Assembly (NCBI GenBank): GCA_965197745.1
Contig: CBDANS010000007.1
Coordinates: 960,001 to 1,024,000 of the forward strand
Origin: Opitutales bacterium
GTDB taxonomy: Bacteria; Verrucomicrobiota; Verrucomicrobiia; Opitutales; PNEW01
Length of the DNA: 64,000 bases
Direction of reading: 5' to 3'
Both the position numbers and the translations under genes were made by a program. The notes under the pieces were generated by a model. It saw only the letters and a list, made by a program, of their open reading frames with translations. It ran no database searches and was not told where the DNA came from. Shown in pieces: positions 54,583 to 64,000 of this stretch (position 1 is the stretch's first letter; the number at the start of each line of letters is the position of its first letter).

Positions 54583-54893
54583 AGTAGACGGGAAAGTGAT
54601 TAAAGAAGAGACAGAAGTTATTCACCTACGCATCTTTAATTCCAGTATTACCTGGAGGGACGCACTCCATTGCGTCCGGGAATAAAAGTATACCCGACAG
54701 CGGTTTCCGTGGGCAGACTCCGTCATTTTCCACTCCAGGGGAATGCCGGTAACGTATTGACATTTGCCTGGATCGCCGCGGCTGACAAGCAGCCTCGCGA
54801 TGACAGGGAATAAATCCAATCTATCACTTAAAACTTAAGAGAGAAAACCCGAAGATTTTCCAGCTTTCGACCATTAACCTTCGACTCCCAACT

Positions 54894-55619
54894 CTACCCC
54901 CACTGGGTCTCTATCCAAGTGACAACTTTTTCCACCATCAAGGAAGCATTTTCATCGGCAAAAACATGATTGGAACCCTCGAGCTTAACAAACTCTTTCG
55001 GTTCGTTGGCTTTTGCAAAAATGTCCAATGAGTCTTGAACCGGAACGACATCATCTTCGGTGCCATGAACTAATAACCAGGGCACCTTTATCCGGGAAGC
55101 CAGCTCGACGACGCTGTCGGTCTTTGCCATATCGTCCATATAAATTTGTGAAAGAGGGCATTGGGGCTCTTCCCACATGAAACCGTTGTCAGGCGTGACA
55201 TCGCCAAACTCCCGATCAGCGAATCCTTTCGTATCAACCATGCCTGCAAGGGAAATTAAATATTTAATTCTCTCATCGGTGCTCGCTCGAATCACCCCCA
55301 CGGCGCCACCCATGCTATGACCCACGTAACACAGGGTGTAATTGTTTAAATGATCGAGGACGCAACCCAGATCTGAAACTTCCTTGCTGATCGTTGAGTC
55401 GGTAAATTTCCCCTCAGAATATCCATTTCCGGAAAATGAAAAGCGTAAGGCTGAAATGCCGGCTTGTGCGAGACCTTGTCCAAGGGCGACGACAAAGGGC
55501 CGGTCTTTATTTCCGGTTACGCCATGCCCGATAACAACGATATGACCCGGATATTTATCACCCTGTTGAAAACTGTAATCCAGCTTTTCATTCTGTTCGT
55601 TTTTAATCTCTCCAAACAT
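54894..55619 (-). CDS. Alpha/beta-fold hydrolase
   Basis: GHG, GHSMGG nucleophile elbow, VHGTEDDVV, NHVF. Confidence 0.9.
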   Translation of the reverse strand: MFGEIKNEQNEKLDYSFQQGDKYPGHIVVIGHGVTGNKDRPFVVALGQGLAQAGISALRFSFSGNGYSEGKFTDSTISKEVSDLGCVLDHLNNYTLCYVGHSMGGAVGVIRASTDERIKYLISLAGMVDTKGFADREFGDVTPDNGFMWEEPQCPLSQIYMDDMAKTDSVVELASRIKVPWLLVHGTEDDVVPVQDSLDIFAKANEPKEFVKLEGSNHVFADENASLMVEKVVTWIETQWG

Positions 55620-55621
55620 TT

Positions 55622-56509
55622 TTACGAATTAAGATTTTTCCAATTTTTGAGGGCACGTTTCCAGGATTTATCGAGTTCCCTGTGACATACTTTTGCCTGT
55701 TCCCAACTGTTGGGGAAATTACTGAGATTGTAACCGCTGATACTGGAACCAACCTCCGGAACAACCCATAACTGGCCATCGGGTTGAGGTCCCTCCAGCC
55801 ACATGGCAAACATATCATCGGTGAATTTTATCCAATCTTTAAATTCAGGAGTCAACCTACTCCGGTTATCGAATACCGGCACCTGGCAATGATGGCCGTT
55901 AAAGGGTCGACAGTGAAAAAGACTGGAGCGCTGTAGAAGCTTGGGATGATCGAGGAGTCGAGAGGAGTATTCATTCGGTCGCAAATGCTTGATAATTGCT
56001 GGATGGGAGTGATCCCAGGTAATGGGCATAAGTTTTCCCGTTGCCTTTTTGTAACCACTGGCGATCGCATATAATTTTTCCGGTGTCTCCGTGCAGGTAT
56101 CACGGTGAATTTCAATGTGAGCTCCCATGCCCAGGCGATTGGACTCCTTGATCATCCTTACGGCGAGCTTTGTGGCGGTTTTGATCGGTGTATCATGATC
56201 ACCTAACTGCACATTTACATAATGAGCCCCTGTTGACTGTAGTTTTTTTAATTTACTATGAAATTCAGTGGGGTTCAAAGCGTCGGTGGCACCAAATAAT
56301 TTGAGATCATATTTTTTCACTAACTTTTTTATCTCACCACTCGGTCGCCACATCACACCGTCAAACCCTGCTTCTTTTACTAACTTTATTTTATGTTCGA
56401 GAGACCACTCGTTCTTTTTCGATGGGAGTTCGACCATGGACCATAAGGTTGCGCAATGGACAATTATAGGATCGGGTTTTTTACGTTTCTTTGCTTTTGA
56501 TGCTACCAT
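55622..56509 (-). CDS. Xylose-isomerase-like TIM barrel protein
   Basis: KEAGFDG, EIHRD, WDHSH, FHCR, VPE. Confidence 0.8.
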   Translation of the reverse strand: MVASKAKKRKKPDPIIVHCATLWSMVELPSKKNEWSLEHKIKLVKEAGFDGVMWRPSGEIKKLVKKYDLKLFGATDALNPTEFHSKLKKLQSTGAHYVNVQLGDHDTPIKTATKLAVRMIKESNRLGMGAHIEIHRDTCTETPEKLYAIASGYKKATGKLMPITWDHSHPAIIKHLRPNEYSSRLLDHPKLLQRSSLFHCRPFNGHHCQVPVFDNRSRLTPEFKDWIKFTDDMFAMWLEGPQPDGQLWVVPEVGSSISGYNLSNFPNSWEQAKVCHRELDKSWKRALKNWKNLNS

Positions 56510-56538
56510 TATATTACCTTATTTATTGAAGGATTAGC

Positions 56539-57456
56539 TTATTTACGCGCGGTCTTTTTCTTCTTCTTCTTTCCAAAGTGTCTTCCCTTGAAGGTAAGTT
56601 CAGCTACACCGGATTTATCCAGTTCGCCCAAACCTTCTTTTACCATCAGCTTATATTGGGAAAGAGTGGCATCATTAAGGGGAAGTTTGATCTTTTGCTC
56701 CCGGGCGAGGGAGACGGCTATTCCGGTATCTTTGGCTGCATGCTCGCAAGAGAAGTAACACTCGTGATCACGGTTTTGCATATCTTCACCATCCGTTTCG
56801 AGAACGCGGGAGTTCGCTCCTGTTTGAGAAAAGACCTCTTGAAGCAATGAGAGATCATGTTTTAAAGCGGCCCCCAGGCCCAGGCCTTCAGCGAGGGCGG
56901 CGGTATTGATATTCATGACCATATTGACCAGGGCTTTAACTTCTGCGGCTTTCCCCGGGCCGCCTATATAGCGCATGCTGCTGCTCATTTTTGTCAGCAT
57001 AGCTTTTACCCGTTGATATGTTTCTTTTCTCCCCCCCACCATTAAGTAAAGGGTCCCCTGGCGCGCTTGAGGGATGCTGGAGGCCATACAGGCTTCCAGA
57101 CTGGCAGCATTAGATCGTCTGGCCGCACGATCGATTTCGACATGAATCTTGGGCGTCAGGGTTGCGCAATTGATAAAAATTTTCCCCCGTGCTTTGGTCA
57201 GCAAATTGTCCTTTTTATTAAAGTAGATCTTTCTCATAGCGGCGTCATTGGTGACAACCGTAATAATGACATCTGATGCCGCAGTCACTTCAGCGAGTTT
57301 ATTTATGTGTTGACTGCCCAATTCCTGTGCAAGCGCTTCGGCTGTTTTTCTATTCACATCATAAACAGCGCTGATTTTATAACCGCACTCTTTCAGTCGA
57401 CGAGCCATGTTTGCTCCCATACGTCCAACCCCTACGAATCCTATTTTTTTTGCCAT
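56539..57456 (-). CDS. NAD(P)-dependent oxidoreductase, 3-hydroxyisobutyrate dehydrogenase family
   Basis: IGFVGVGRMGANMARRL, GTLYLMVGG, KALVN. Confidence 0.88.
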   Translation of the reverse strand: MAKKIGFVGVGRMGANMARRLKECGYKISAVYDVNRKTAEALAQELGSQHINKLAEVTAASDVIITVVTNDAAMRKIYFNKKDNLLTKARGKIFINCATLTPKIHVEIDRAARRSNAASLEACMASSIPQARQGTLYLMVGGRKETYQRVKAMLTKMSSSMRYIGGPGKAAEVKALVNMVMNINTAALAEGLGLGAALKHDLSLLQEVFSQTGANSRVLETDGEDMQNRDHECYFSCEHAAKDTGIAVSLAREQKIKLPLNDATLSQYKLMVKEGLGELDKSGVAELTFKGRHFGKKKKKKTARK

Positions 57457-57493
57457 AATATTTACATGTTAAGGTTTTTGAATGATAGTTATT

Positions 57494-58330
57494 TCACTTA
57501 AATTCAGGAAAAAAGGGATTGTGGGCTTTTTCTTCACCCACCGTAGATAGTGGACCATGTCCCGGGCATATCACGGTATCATCAGGTAAAGTAAGGATTT
57601 TTCCACGATTGTTTTCAAGAGCAATCTGGTAAAGGGAGGGCGCTCCACCAATCGACCCGGCAAACATTGAATCACCGGTTATAGCGATGGTGGTTTTCAA
57701 TCCGGTAATGACATAGGTTGTCCCACCGGGGGAATGACCATGGGTCAAGTATGCGCGGATATGCAGGTTCCCGACTGTAGTGTTCCATCCCTCATCAATA
57801 GATTCTGCGTTCCTCATTGATTCACGCTTATTAATATAGACGGGGGGCTGGCCCGTTTCCTTTTTCAATCGCTTAAGGTCAGCGATATGGTCTCCATGGG
57901 AGTGGGTGAGCAATATCATTTTAAGAGCAAGATCGAGATCCTGTATTTTACTGATAAGAGCGGTAGCGTCAGCGCCCGTATCAAAGACGACCGCTTCCCT
58001 CGTCTCTGTATCCCAGACGAGATAAGCATTAACCGTCATTTCACTGTAACCGGCAATGGGGTAGGGTGTGTTAAAGCTCTCCAGGCCCTCGACAGCCACG
58101 GCTTGAGGATACCACGAATTTTGTCCCGCAGCGACCAGCGTATCGGCATCAAGATTGAGATGGGGAGCTAATTGACGTACCGCATGCTCATCAAAACGCC
58201 CCGACTTTACGGAGTCGAGCGTTTTACTACTCAGACCACTTTTCTCACACAGCTCACTGTTCCCTAAGTTCAGTCCTGCCTGAGATTTTCCGAGTATATC
58301 CTCATACAAATCTTCAATAGGAATGCGCAT
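57494..58330 (-). CDS. MBL-fold metallohydrolase with N-terminal HTH-like extension
   Basis: THSHGDH, GHSPGG, TGDSMF, PGHGP; ATG at 58330 preferred. Confidence 0.9.
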   Translation of the reverse strand: MRIPIEDLYEDILGKSQAGLNLGNSELCEKSGLSSKTLDSVKSGRFDEHAVRQLAPHLNLDADTLVAAGQNSWYPQAVAVEGLESFNTPYPIAGYSEMTVNAYLVWDTETREAVVFDTGADATALISKIQDLDLALKMILLTHSHGDHIADLKRLKKETGQPPVYINKRESMRNAESIDEGWNTTVGNLHIRAYLTHGHSPGGTTYVITGLKTTIAITGDSMFAGSIGGAPSLYQIALENNRGKILTLPDDTVICPGHGPLSTVGEEKAHNPFFPEFK

Positions 58331-58512
58331 TATAAGCCTGGGTGATGACAAGAATAATCTAAGAATCGTTACTTTTTACACTATGGCCTCTTTGACAAGT
58401 AAATTCAATTTCCTCGCTTAAATAAAAAAAATGACTTGAAATACTGACTTATTGATTCGATTAATCTCGAATTGTTCTACGGAATCTATTCTTTACCCCT
58501 TTAAATTTATTA

Positions 58513-60714
58513 ATGATTGAAAATGCTTATTTCTGGATAGCGCCTCTGGCCGCTCTCATTTCCCTTGCCTTTGCCGGATATTTTTACCGACAGATGAAAG
58601 GTGAAAGTGCAGGTAATGAAACAATGATTAAGTTTGCCTCGCATGTTACAGCCGGGGCCCATGCTTATCTCAAACAGCAATATAAAATCGTTGCTATTAC
58701 CTTTATTGCGCTGGCTGTCATTTTCCTCTTTCTCGCGTTTGGATTAGAGGTGCTGAATGCCTGGGCGCCGTTAGCTTTTATTACGGGGGGATTTTTGTCC
58801 GGCTTAGCCGGTTTTTTTGGCATGAAGACCGCAACCGCGGCGGCGAGTCGAACATCGGAAGCAGCGCGCAATTCTCTCGACCACGGCTTGCGAGTGGCGT
58901 TTCGCAGTGGAGCGGTTATGGGCTTATCGGTAGTAGGCCTTGGCTTGTTGGGGGTGACACTCTGGTTTATTTTTCTTCTTTTTATATATCCATCAAGCGA
59001 GGAAAACGCTGGGAACAACCTTCTTCTAATCACTTCTATTATGCTTACCTATGGAATGGGGGCATCACTTCAGGCTCTGTTCGCGCGTGTTGGGGGTGGC
59101 ATCTATACCAAAGCTGCAGATGTGGGCGCGGATTTAGTGGGAAAAGTTGAGGCCGGTATTCCCGAGGACGACCCGAGGAATCCTGCCGTTATCGCTGACA
59201 ATGTAGGAGACTTTGTGGGTGATGTGGCCGGTATGGGAGCAGATTTGTTTGAATCTTATTGCGGTTCCATAATTGCAACCGCGGCACTCGGCGCGGCTGC
59301 CTTTATGGGGGATCCCGATATGCAGCTGAAAGCAACAATAGCTCCCATGATCATCGCCGGTTCAGGTGCTTTGCTTTCGGTCCTTGGGGTGTTTTTTGTG
59401 CGTGTGAAATCTGGGGCAGGTCAAAAAGAGTTATTACACGCGCTTGATCGGGGTATCAATATCAGCGCCGTACTGGTTGTGATTTTATCTTTTATAATTG
59501 TTAAAGCGCTGGGACTGGAAAACTATCTGGGCGTATGGGGAGCTATTGTCACGGGACTCATTACAGGGTTCTTTATTGGAAAAGCAACCGAGTATTACAC
59601 TTCTTACGGATATAAACCCACCCAGGTAATTGCGGAGAGTGGGACAACAGGTCCTGCCACCGTTATAATTTCCGGTATTGGTACCGGAATGATCTCTACT
59701 GCTATACCGGTAATAGCCATCGCCATAGGCATTACCCTGGCTTTCAGCTTCGCTTCAGGGCTCGATTTTTCTAATATTTCGATGGGGCTTTATGGCATAG
59801 GTTTTGCCGCGGTTGGCATGTTATCGACCTTAGGCATTACTCTTGCTACCGATGCCTATGGTCCCATCGCCGACAATGCTGGCGGAAACGCGGAGATGAG
59901 TGGGCTCGAACCGATAGTTCGTGAGCGCACGGACGCCCTGGATGCTCTCGGTAACACTACAGCGGCGATTGGTAAAGGGTTCGCCATCGGTTCTGCCGCT
60001 TTGACCGCGCTCGCTTTAGTGGCTTCCTACATGGAGCAACTCGAAGCGGTAGTGAATAATAATGCAGAGAGATTTTTAGATTTTAAGGAAAAAACGCATA
60101 TTTCAATTCAAGAAGCTTCATTTGTCGATTATGTTACCTATTTCGGTATCAATCTGATGAATCCTATTGTGCTCGTCGGCATTTTCATGGGATCGCTCAT
60201 GGCTTTTTTATTTTGTGGATTAACGATGATGGCAGTGGGACGAGCCGCGTCGAGTATGGTTGATGAAGTGCGCCGCCAATTTAAAGACTTTCCAGGAATT
60301 CTTGAAGGGACAGAGGTGCCCGACTATGAGCGTTGTGTTGCCATATCCACGCGTGGAGCACAGCGCGAAATGTTATTACCTTCGATTCTCGCGGTGGGTG
60401 TGCCTATCGTCATGGGTTTAATCTTTGGGCCAGCAGGTGTTATCGGTCTGCTCACAGGAGGCCTGGGTGCGGGTTTTGTTCTCGCTATATTCATGGCCAA
60501 TTCCGGCGGTGCCTGGGACAATGCTAAAAAGTATATAGAAGAAGGTAAACTGGGTGGCAGAGGTTCTGACGTTCACAAGGCGACGGTTATTGGTGACACC
60601 GTGGGAGACCCCTTTAAAGATACCTCAGGTCCCAGCCTTAACATCCTCATTAAACTGATGAGTATGGTCTCCATCGTCATGGCCGGCGTCACCGTTATGC
60701 ATCACATACTATGA
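58513..60714 (+). CDS. hppA: Membrane-integral pyrophosphatase, K+-dependent, probably Na+-translocating
   Basis: [24 protein letters not shown] (Ala variant), [14 protein letters not shown]. Confidence 0.95.
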   Translation: MIENAYFWIAPLAALISLAFAGYFYRQMKGESAGNETMIKFASHVTAGAHAYLKQQYKIVAITFIALAVIFLFLAFGLEVLNAWAPLAFITGGFLSGLAGFFGMKTATAAASRTSEAARNSLDHGLRVAFRSGAVMGLSVVGLGLLGVTLWFIFLLFIYPSSEENAGNNLLLITSIMLTYGMGASLQALFARVGGGIYTKAADVGADLVGKVEAGIPEDDPRNPAVIADNVGDFVGDVAGMGADLFESYCGSIIATAALGAAAFMGDPDMQLKATIAPMIIAGSGALLSVLGVFFVRVKSGAGQKELLHALDRGINISAVLVVILSFIIVKALGLENYLGVWGAIVTGLITGFFIGKATEYYTSYGYKPTQVIAESGTTGPATVIISGIGTGMISTAIPVIAIAIGITLAFSFASGLDFSNISMGLYGIGFAAVGMLSTLGITLATDAYGPIADNAGGNAEMSGLEPIVRERTDALDALGNTTAAIGKGFAIGSAALTALALVASYMEQLEAVVNNNAERFLDFKEKTHISIQEASFVDYVTYFGINLMNPIVLVGIFMGSLMAFLFCGLTMMAVGRAASSMVDEVRRQFKDFPGILEGTEVPDYERCVAISTRGAQREMLLPSILAVGVPIVMGLIFGPAGVIGLLTGGLGAGFVLAIFMANSGGAWDNAKKYIEEGKLGGRGSDVHKATVIGDTVGDPFKDTSGPSLNILIKLMSMVSIVMAGVTVMHHIL

Positions 60715-60744
60715 TATGCATTATGATATGCGGTTAGCATATCA

Positions 60745-60805
60745 TGTTTTAAGTATTAGGTTTTAAGTGTTAGGTAAATATACTTAACACCTAAAACATA
60801 ACACT
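60745..60805. repeat. Inverted heptamer-repeat element (short)
   Basis: Same family as 30206-30310. Confidence 0.8.
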
Positions 60806-60826
60806 GAAAATCATTCGATTTTCACC

Positions 60827-61717
60827 CTACGCCGACGCGGCGGGGTAGCCCCCCCTTTTTTCTACGAGGTTATACCCATCTGACTGTTCTTCGGCGTGAT
60901 AGGACGAGCGGACGAGCGGGCCGGATTCGACAACCCCGAATCCAATAGAGAGGCCGAATTCCTTCCATTCTTCAAATTCTTCCGGAGTTACCCAGCGATC
61001 GATTTCAGCGTGCTGAGGTGAGGGCTGCAGGTATTGTCCGATCGTGATGATTTCAACGCCAACCTCGCGCAGCGCGCGCAGCGTGTCGGCAATTTCATTT
61101 TTAAATTCACCAATTCCGAGCATCATACCGGACTTAGTGACAAATCCTCGTTTCCGGGCATGTTTCAGGACCCAGAGAGTCTGCTTCCAGTTGGCCGTTT
61201 TACGGATTGGACGCTGCAGTCTTTTAACCGTTTCTATATTGTGATTGAGAATATCCGGTTTTGCATCAAGCACCGTATTCAAGTCATTCACTCTTCCGCG
61301 AAAATCCGGGATGAGAACTTCTATCGCGGTCTGAGAATTACGATGACGGATGGCACGAATGGTAGCGGCCCAAACGCTGGCTCCTCCATCTTTCATATCA
61401 TCACGGGCGACGGATGTGACGACGCAATGTTTCAGCCCCATTTTTGCTACAGCTTCTGCAACGCGCGCGGGTTCGCCCAAGTCGAATTCGATTGGTTTAC
61501 CCGATTGAACGGCGCAAAAAGTGCAAGACCTTGTGCAGACATTACCAAGAATCATAATTGTTGCTGTTCCTCGCGACCAGCACTCACCCATATTAGGACA
61601 ATGGGCGCTCTGACATACGGTATTCAGATCGTTAGATTCGACGATATTATTCAATCGATGAAAGGTGGGGCTGTTTGGCAGTTTCGCGCGCAGCCAACTT
61701 GGTTTTCGCTTTATCAT
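60827..61717 (-). CDS. lipA: Lipoyl synthase
   Basis: CQSAHCPNMGEC, CTRSCTFC, VRSSYHA. Confidence 0.97.
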   Translation of the reverse strand: MIKRKPSWLRAKLPNSPTFHRLNNIVESNDLNTVCQSAHCPNMGECWSRGTATIMILGNVCTRSCTFCAVQSGKPIEFDLGEPARVAEAVAKMGLKHCVVTSVARDDMKDGGASVWAATIRAIRHRNSQTAIEVLIPDFRGRVNDLNTVLDAKPDILNHNIETVKRLQRPIRKTANWKQTLWVLKHARKRGFVTKSGMMLGIGEFKNEIADTLRALREVGVEIITIGQYLQPSPQHAEIDRWVTPEEFEEWKEFGLSIGFGVVESGPLVRSSYHAEEQSDGYNLVEKRGGYPAASA

Positions 61718-61720
61718 AAG

Positions 61721-62392
61721 CTAGGAAATTCTAAATATTTTCCAGAACTCAACAGTTACTATGCTTTTAAGTTCATCGAGATCAACCTCAATTCCCTTTT
61801 CCGTTTTAACGGATGTGACCGTAGCATCGGTGATACCGCAGGGGACGATGCCATCAAATGGGTCCAGGCTGTTGTTAACATTGATGGCAAAACCATGGTA
61901 TGTCACCCAACTTTTAACGGCAACGCCTATAGCCGCAATTTTACGATTATTCAGCCAAATACCCGTTTTCCCTTTATTGCGCATTGCCTCCAATCCCATG
62001 CAGCCGAGAGCATTGATCACTACTTGCTCCAGATCGCGCAAGTAGCGGTGGAGGTCTTTTACTCTCTCGTTGAGGCTGATTATGGGATAACCGACAATTT
62101 GTCCCGGGCCATGATAGGTTATGTCCCCGCCTCGATTTGATTTCTCTACACCAATGCCCTTTTGGGTGAGAGTATTTTTATCCCAAATTAAATGGCTTGC
62201 TGCACCGATCCGCGCACCAATCGTAAATACTGGGTAATGTTCGGTAAATACCAGGGTGTCTTGCGATTTACCATTAATTCGATTTTCAACCCACTCAAGT
62301 TGTCGGGAATAAGCATCGGCATAATGCGTGACGCCCCAGTCTTCATAAGCATGAGTTAACGCTACTGATGAATGGGATGTATTTTTTTCCAC
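61721..62392 (-). CDS. lipB: Octanoyltransferase
   Basis: EHYPVFTIG, RGGDITYHGPGQ, KIAAIG, HGFAIN, IVPCG. Confidence 0.96.
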   Translation of the reverse strand: MEKNTSHSSVALTHAYEDWGVTHYADAYSRQLEWVENRINGKSQDTLVFTEHYPVFTIGARIGAASHLIWDKNTLTQKGIGVEKSNRGGDITYHGPGQIVGYPIISLNERVKDLHRYLRDLEQVVINALGCMGLEAMRNKGKTGIWLNNRKIAAIGVAVKSWVTYHGFAINVNNSLDPFDGIVPCGITDATVTSVKTEKGIEVDLDELKSIVTVEFWKIFRIS

Positions 62393-62430
62393 GAAAATAA
62401 ATCTAGCTTATACACAAGATGACCGCAAAC

Positions 62431-62937
62431 TCATTTCATCACTATCGGGTCGGGGAGATTAATATAAAATCCAACGATCATAATAAAGGATATGGCAAAT
62501 TTTGCAACAAACGCGGCAATACCTCCGACGATGGTGCCTATTCCTGCCTTGCCCGCTTGTTGAATGCCTCGATTTCGAATAAATTCCACCAAGATAACCC
62601 CTGCGATCGGCCCGATGATCAGTCCAGGTATGTTGAATAAAACAGCACCGGCCAGACCTCCAAGCACCGCTCCTACGCCACCCTGCCAACTGGCACCGAA
62701 TCTTTTTGCGCCCCAAAAGCCACACAAAAAATCCAGAACTTGAGCCAATAAGGTAAGGATGGTTGCCACCGCAAAAAAGGTCCATGAGACCGAGTCATCA
62801 CCCAGAACCGCTTTATGAATAAAAATACCCGCCCAAACCAGAAATGGACCGGGAATTACGGGCATGAAGGTGCTGAAGAGGCCCGTAATAAAAAAAATAC
62901 TCGTGACCACAAGCATCGTTAATGATAAGCTGATCAT
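62431..62937 (-). CDS. DUF456 family membrane protein
   Basis: PVIPG, GAKRFGAS, GLIIGP. Confidence 0.85.
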   Translation of the reverse strand: MISLSLTMLVVTSIFFITGLFSTFMPVIPGPFLVWAGIFIHKAVLGDDSVSWTFFAVATILTLLAQVLDFLCGFWGAKRFGASWQGGVGAVLGGLAGAVLFNIPGLIIGPIAGVILVEFIRNRGIQQAGKAGIGTIVGGIAAFVAKFAISFIMIVGFYINLPDPIVMK

Positions 62938-63020
62938 TATTTAAAGCTTAAAGTCTATGGGATTTAATCCCTAATCCCTTTAGGTAACGATTAATATAAA
63001 AAGTATGCAACGGTATTAAA

Positions 63021-63368
63021 ATGATCGGGCTCAACGAATCATTTCAATCCACATCTGAAACACCTCTTTTTAAAGAAGGTGAGATAATTCACCATAAACG
63101 TTATGACTATCGTGGGGTCATTGTCGGATTAGACTTATATTGTGAAGCCGAAAATGACTGGTATCAATCGAATCAGACTCAACCCGAACGCAACCAACCC
63201 TGGTATCATGTGCTGGTAGACGGGGGTGATCATACCACTTACGTGGCCCAATCCAATCTCGAAACAGATACCAGTGGCGAACCTGTTGATCATCCCCTAA
63301 TCGAACATTTTTTCCGTGGTTTTGAAAAAGGGAGTTATATACGCAATAATAAACCGTGGCCGGGGTGA
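63021..63368 (+). CDS. hspQ: Heat shock protein HspQ (YccV-like)
   Basis: HKRYDYRGVIV, QPWYHVLVD, TYVAQSNL. Confidence 0.9.
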   Translation: MIGLNESFQSTSETPLFKEGEIIHHKRYDYRGVIVGLDLYCEAENDWYQSNQTQPERNQPWYHVLVDGGDHTTYVAQSNLETDTSGEPVDHPLIEHFFRGFEKGSYIRNNKPWPG

Positions 63369-63373
63369 TTTCC

Positions 63374-63495
63374 AGTGTTATGTTTTAGGTGTTAAGTTTT
63401 AGGTAAAGAGTCGAAAGTGGAATGTATAAAGTCATAGGTGCGAAATACACAATTAAGCTTTTCCCTTAAAACCTTAAACTTATCACTTAAAACAA
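63374..63495. repeat. Inverted heptamer-repeat element
   Basis: Same family as 30206-30310. Confidence 0.8.
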
Positions 63496-63549
63496 AATAT
63501 TTTTGACCTTATGAAATGGAACCTGTTTATTAATTACAAGGAATAGAAA

Positions 63550-64000
63550 ATGAAAAAAGGCTTAGAAGACTTTACTGAATTTATTATCAAGGAGGGGGCG
63601 GATAAAATTCCCCATACGAAAAGAACCTACCTTGAGCATGCGGTATGTGTTTACAAAGATTTGATAAGTTGGGGCTGTGATGATGATGTATGCAATGCCG
63701 GCTTTTTTCATTCGATCTATGGGACGCAGGGTTTTAATGATTATACCTTTCCTCTCGAGCGACGTAACGAGGTATCTGAGCTCATCGGCGAGCGCGCGGA
63801 ACGATTGGCTTTTCTCAATTGTTTCGTTGAGCGATCAACCTTTGATCCGATTCTTGTAAAAGGTGAAGGCCCTTACATCATAACGAACAGAGAAACGAAT
63901 GAGGAGATAGAAATCTCAGCTGAAGATTTCAGAGACCTTATAACCATCCATCTCTGTGATTATTGCGAACAGATGCCGAGAATGAAGCGTTGGGACTATC
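63550..64000 (+). CDS. DUF6817-like (HD-related) protein, partial
   Basis: Manual translation MKKGLEDF..IPHTKRTYLEH..WGCDDDVCNAGFFHSIYGTQGF; open to window end. Confidence 0.75.
   Translation, partial: MKKGLEDFTEFIIKEGADKIPHTKRTYLEHAVCVYKDLISWGCDDDVCNAGFFHSIYGTQGFNDYTFPLERRNEVSELIGERAERLAFLNCFVERSTFDPILVKGEGPYIITNRETNEEIEISAEDFRDLITIHLCDYCEQMPRMKRWDY

Noticed and set aside
28746..54819. ORFs at 28746, 37436, 38243, 44634, 44802 and 54622
   Set aside because: Composed of intergenic repeat sequence; no coding signal.
30577..59033. Antisense ORFs such as 30577-30945, 42277-42753, 42977-43507 and 58665-59033
   Set aside because: Lie opposite well-supported genes.
61034..62140. 368-aa plus-strand ORF
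   Set aside because: Antisense shadow of lipA/lipB with no recognisable motifs.
30206..63495. CRISPR interpretation of the repeats
   Set aside because: No constant repeat with regular unique spacers and no cas genes.

Overview
Bacterial chromosome segment, most consistent with a marine Verrucomicrobiota (Opitutae-like) organism; this is inferred from gene content, not from a search. Bases 1 to about 28.6 kb form an IS-riddled accessory island. It holds a PadR/ADOP-type permease/HlyD operon, a decayed toxin-immunity-like pair, a BlaI/BlaR1(M56)-TPR pair, VOC, PadR, M20 amidohydrolase, MFS and methyltransferase cargo, and a truncated GIY-YIG + DGQHR module. It also carries three IS3-family types (many copies and fragments), a passenger-carrying IS1595 element nested in an IS3 copy, and att-like ends. 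From about 28.6 kb onward the window is core genome: galE, sigma54 regulator, site-2 protease, FabF/ACP/phytoene-desaturase-like trio, clpS, 6S RNA, lpxI, leuS, yqgE, type-B L36/L31, an Mrp antiporter operon, membrane PPase, lipA/lipB and hspQ. The intergenic spaces there are filled by several families of small palindromic or heptamer repeats. The most striking observation is 11 tiny (28-45 nt) structured inserts at 6 distinct sites in IS3 transposase genes. They share one orientation, start T(A/T)C, and each replaces exactly one A of the empty site, which points to an unrecognised miniature site-targeted insertion system.
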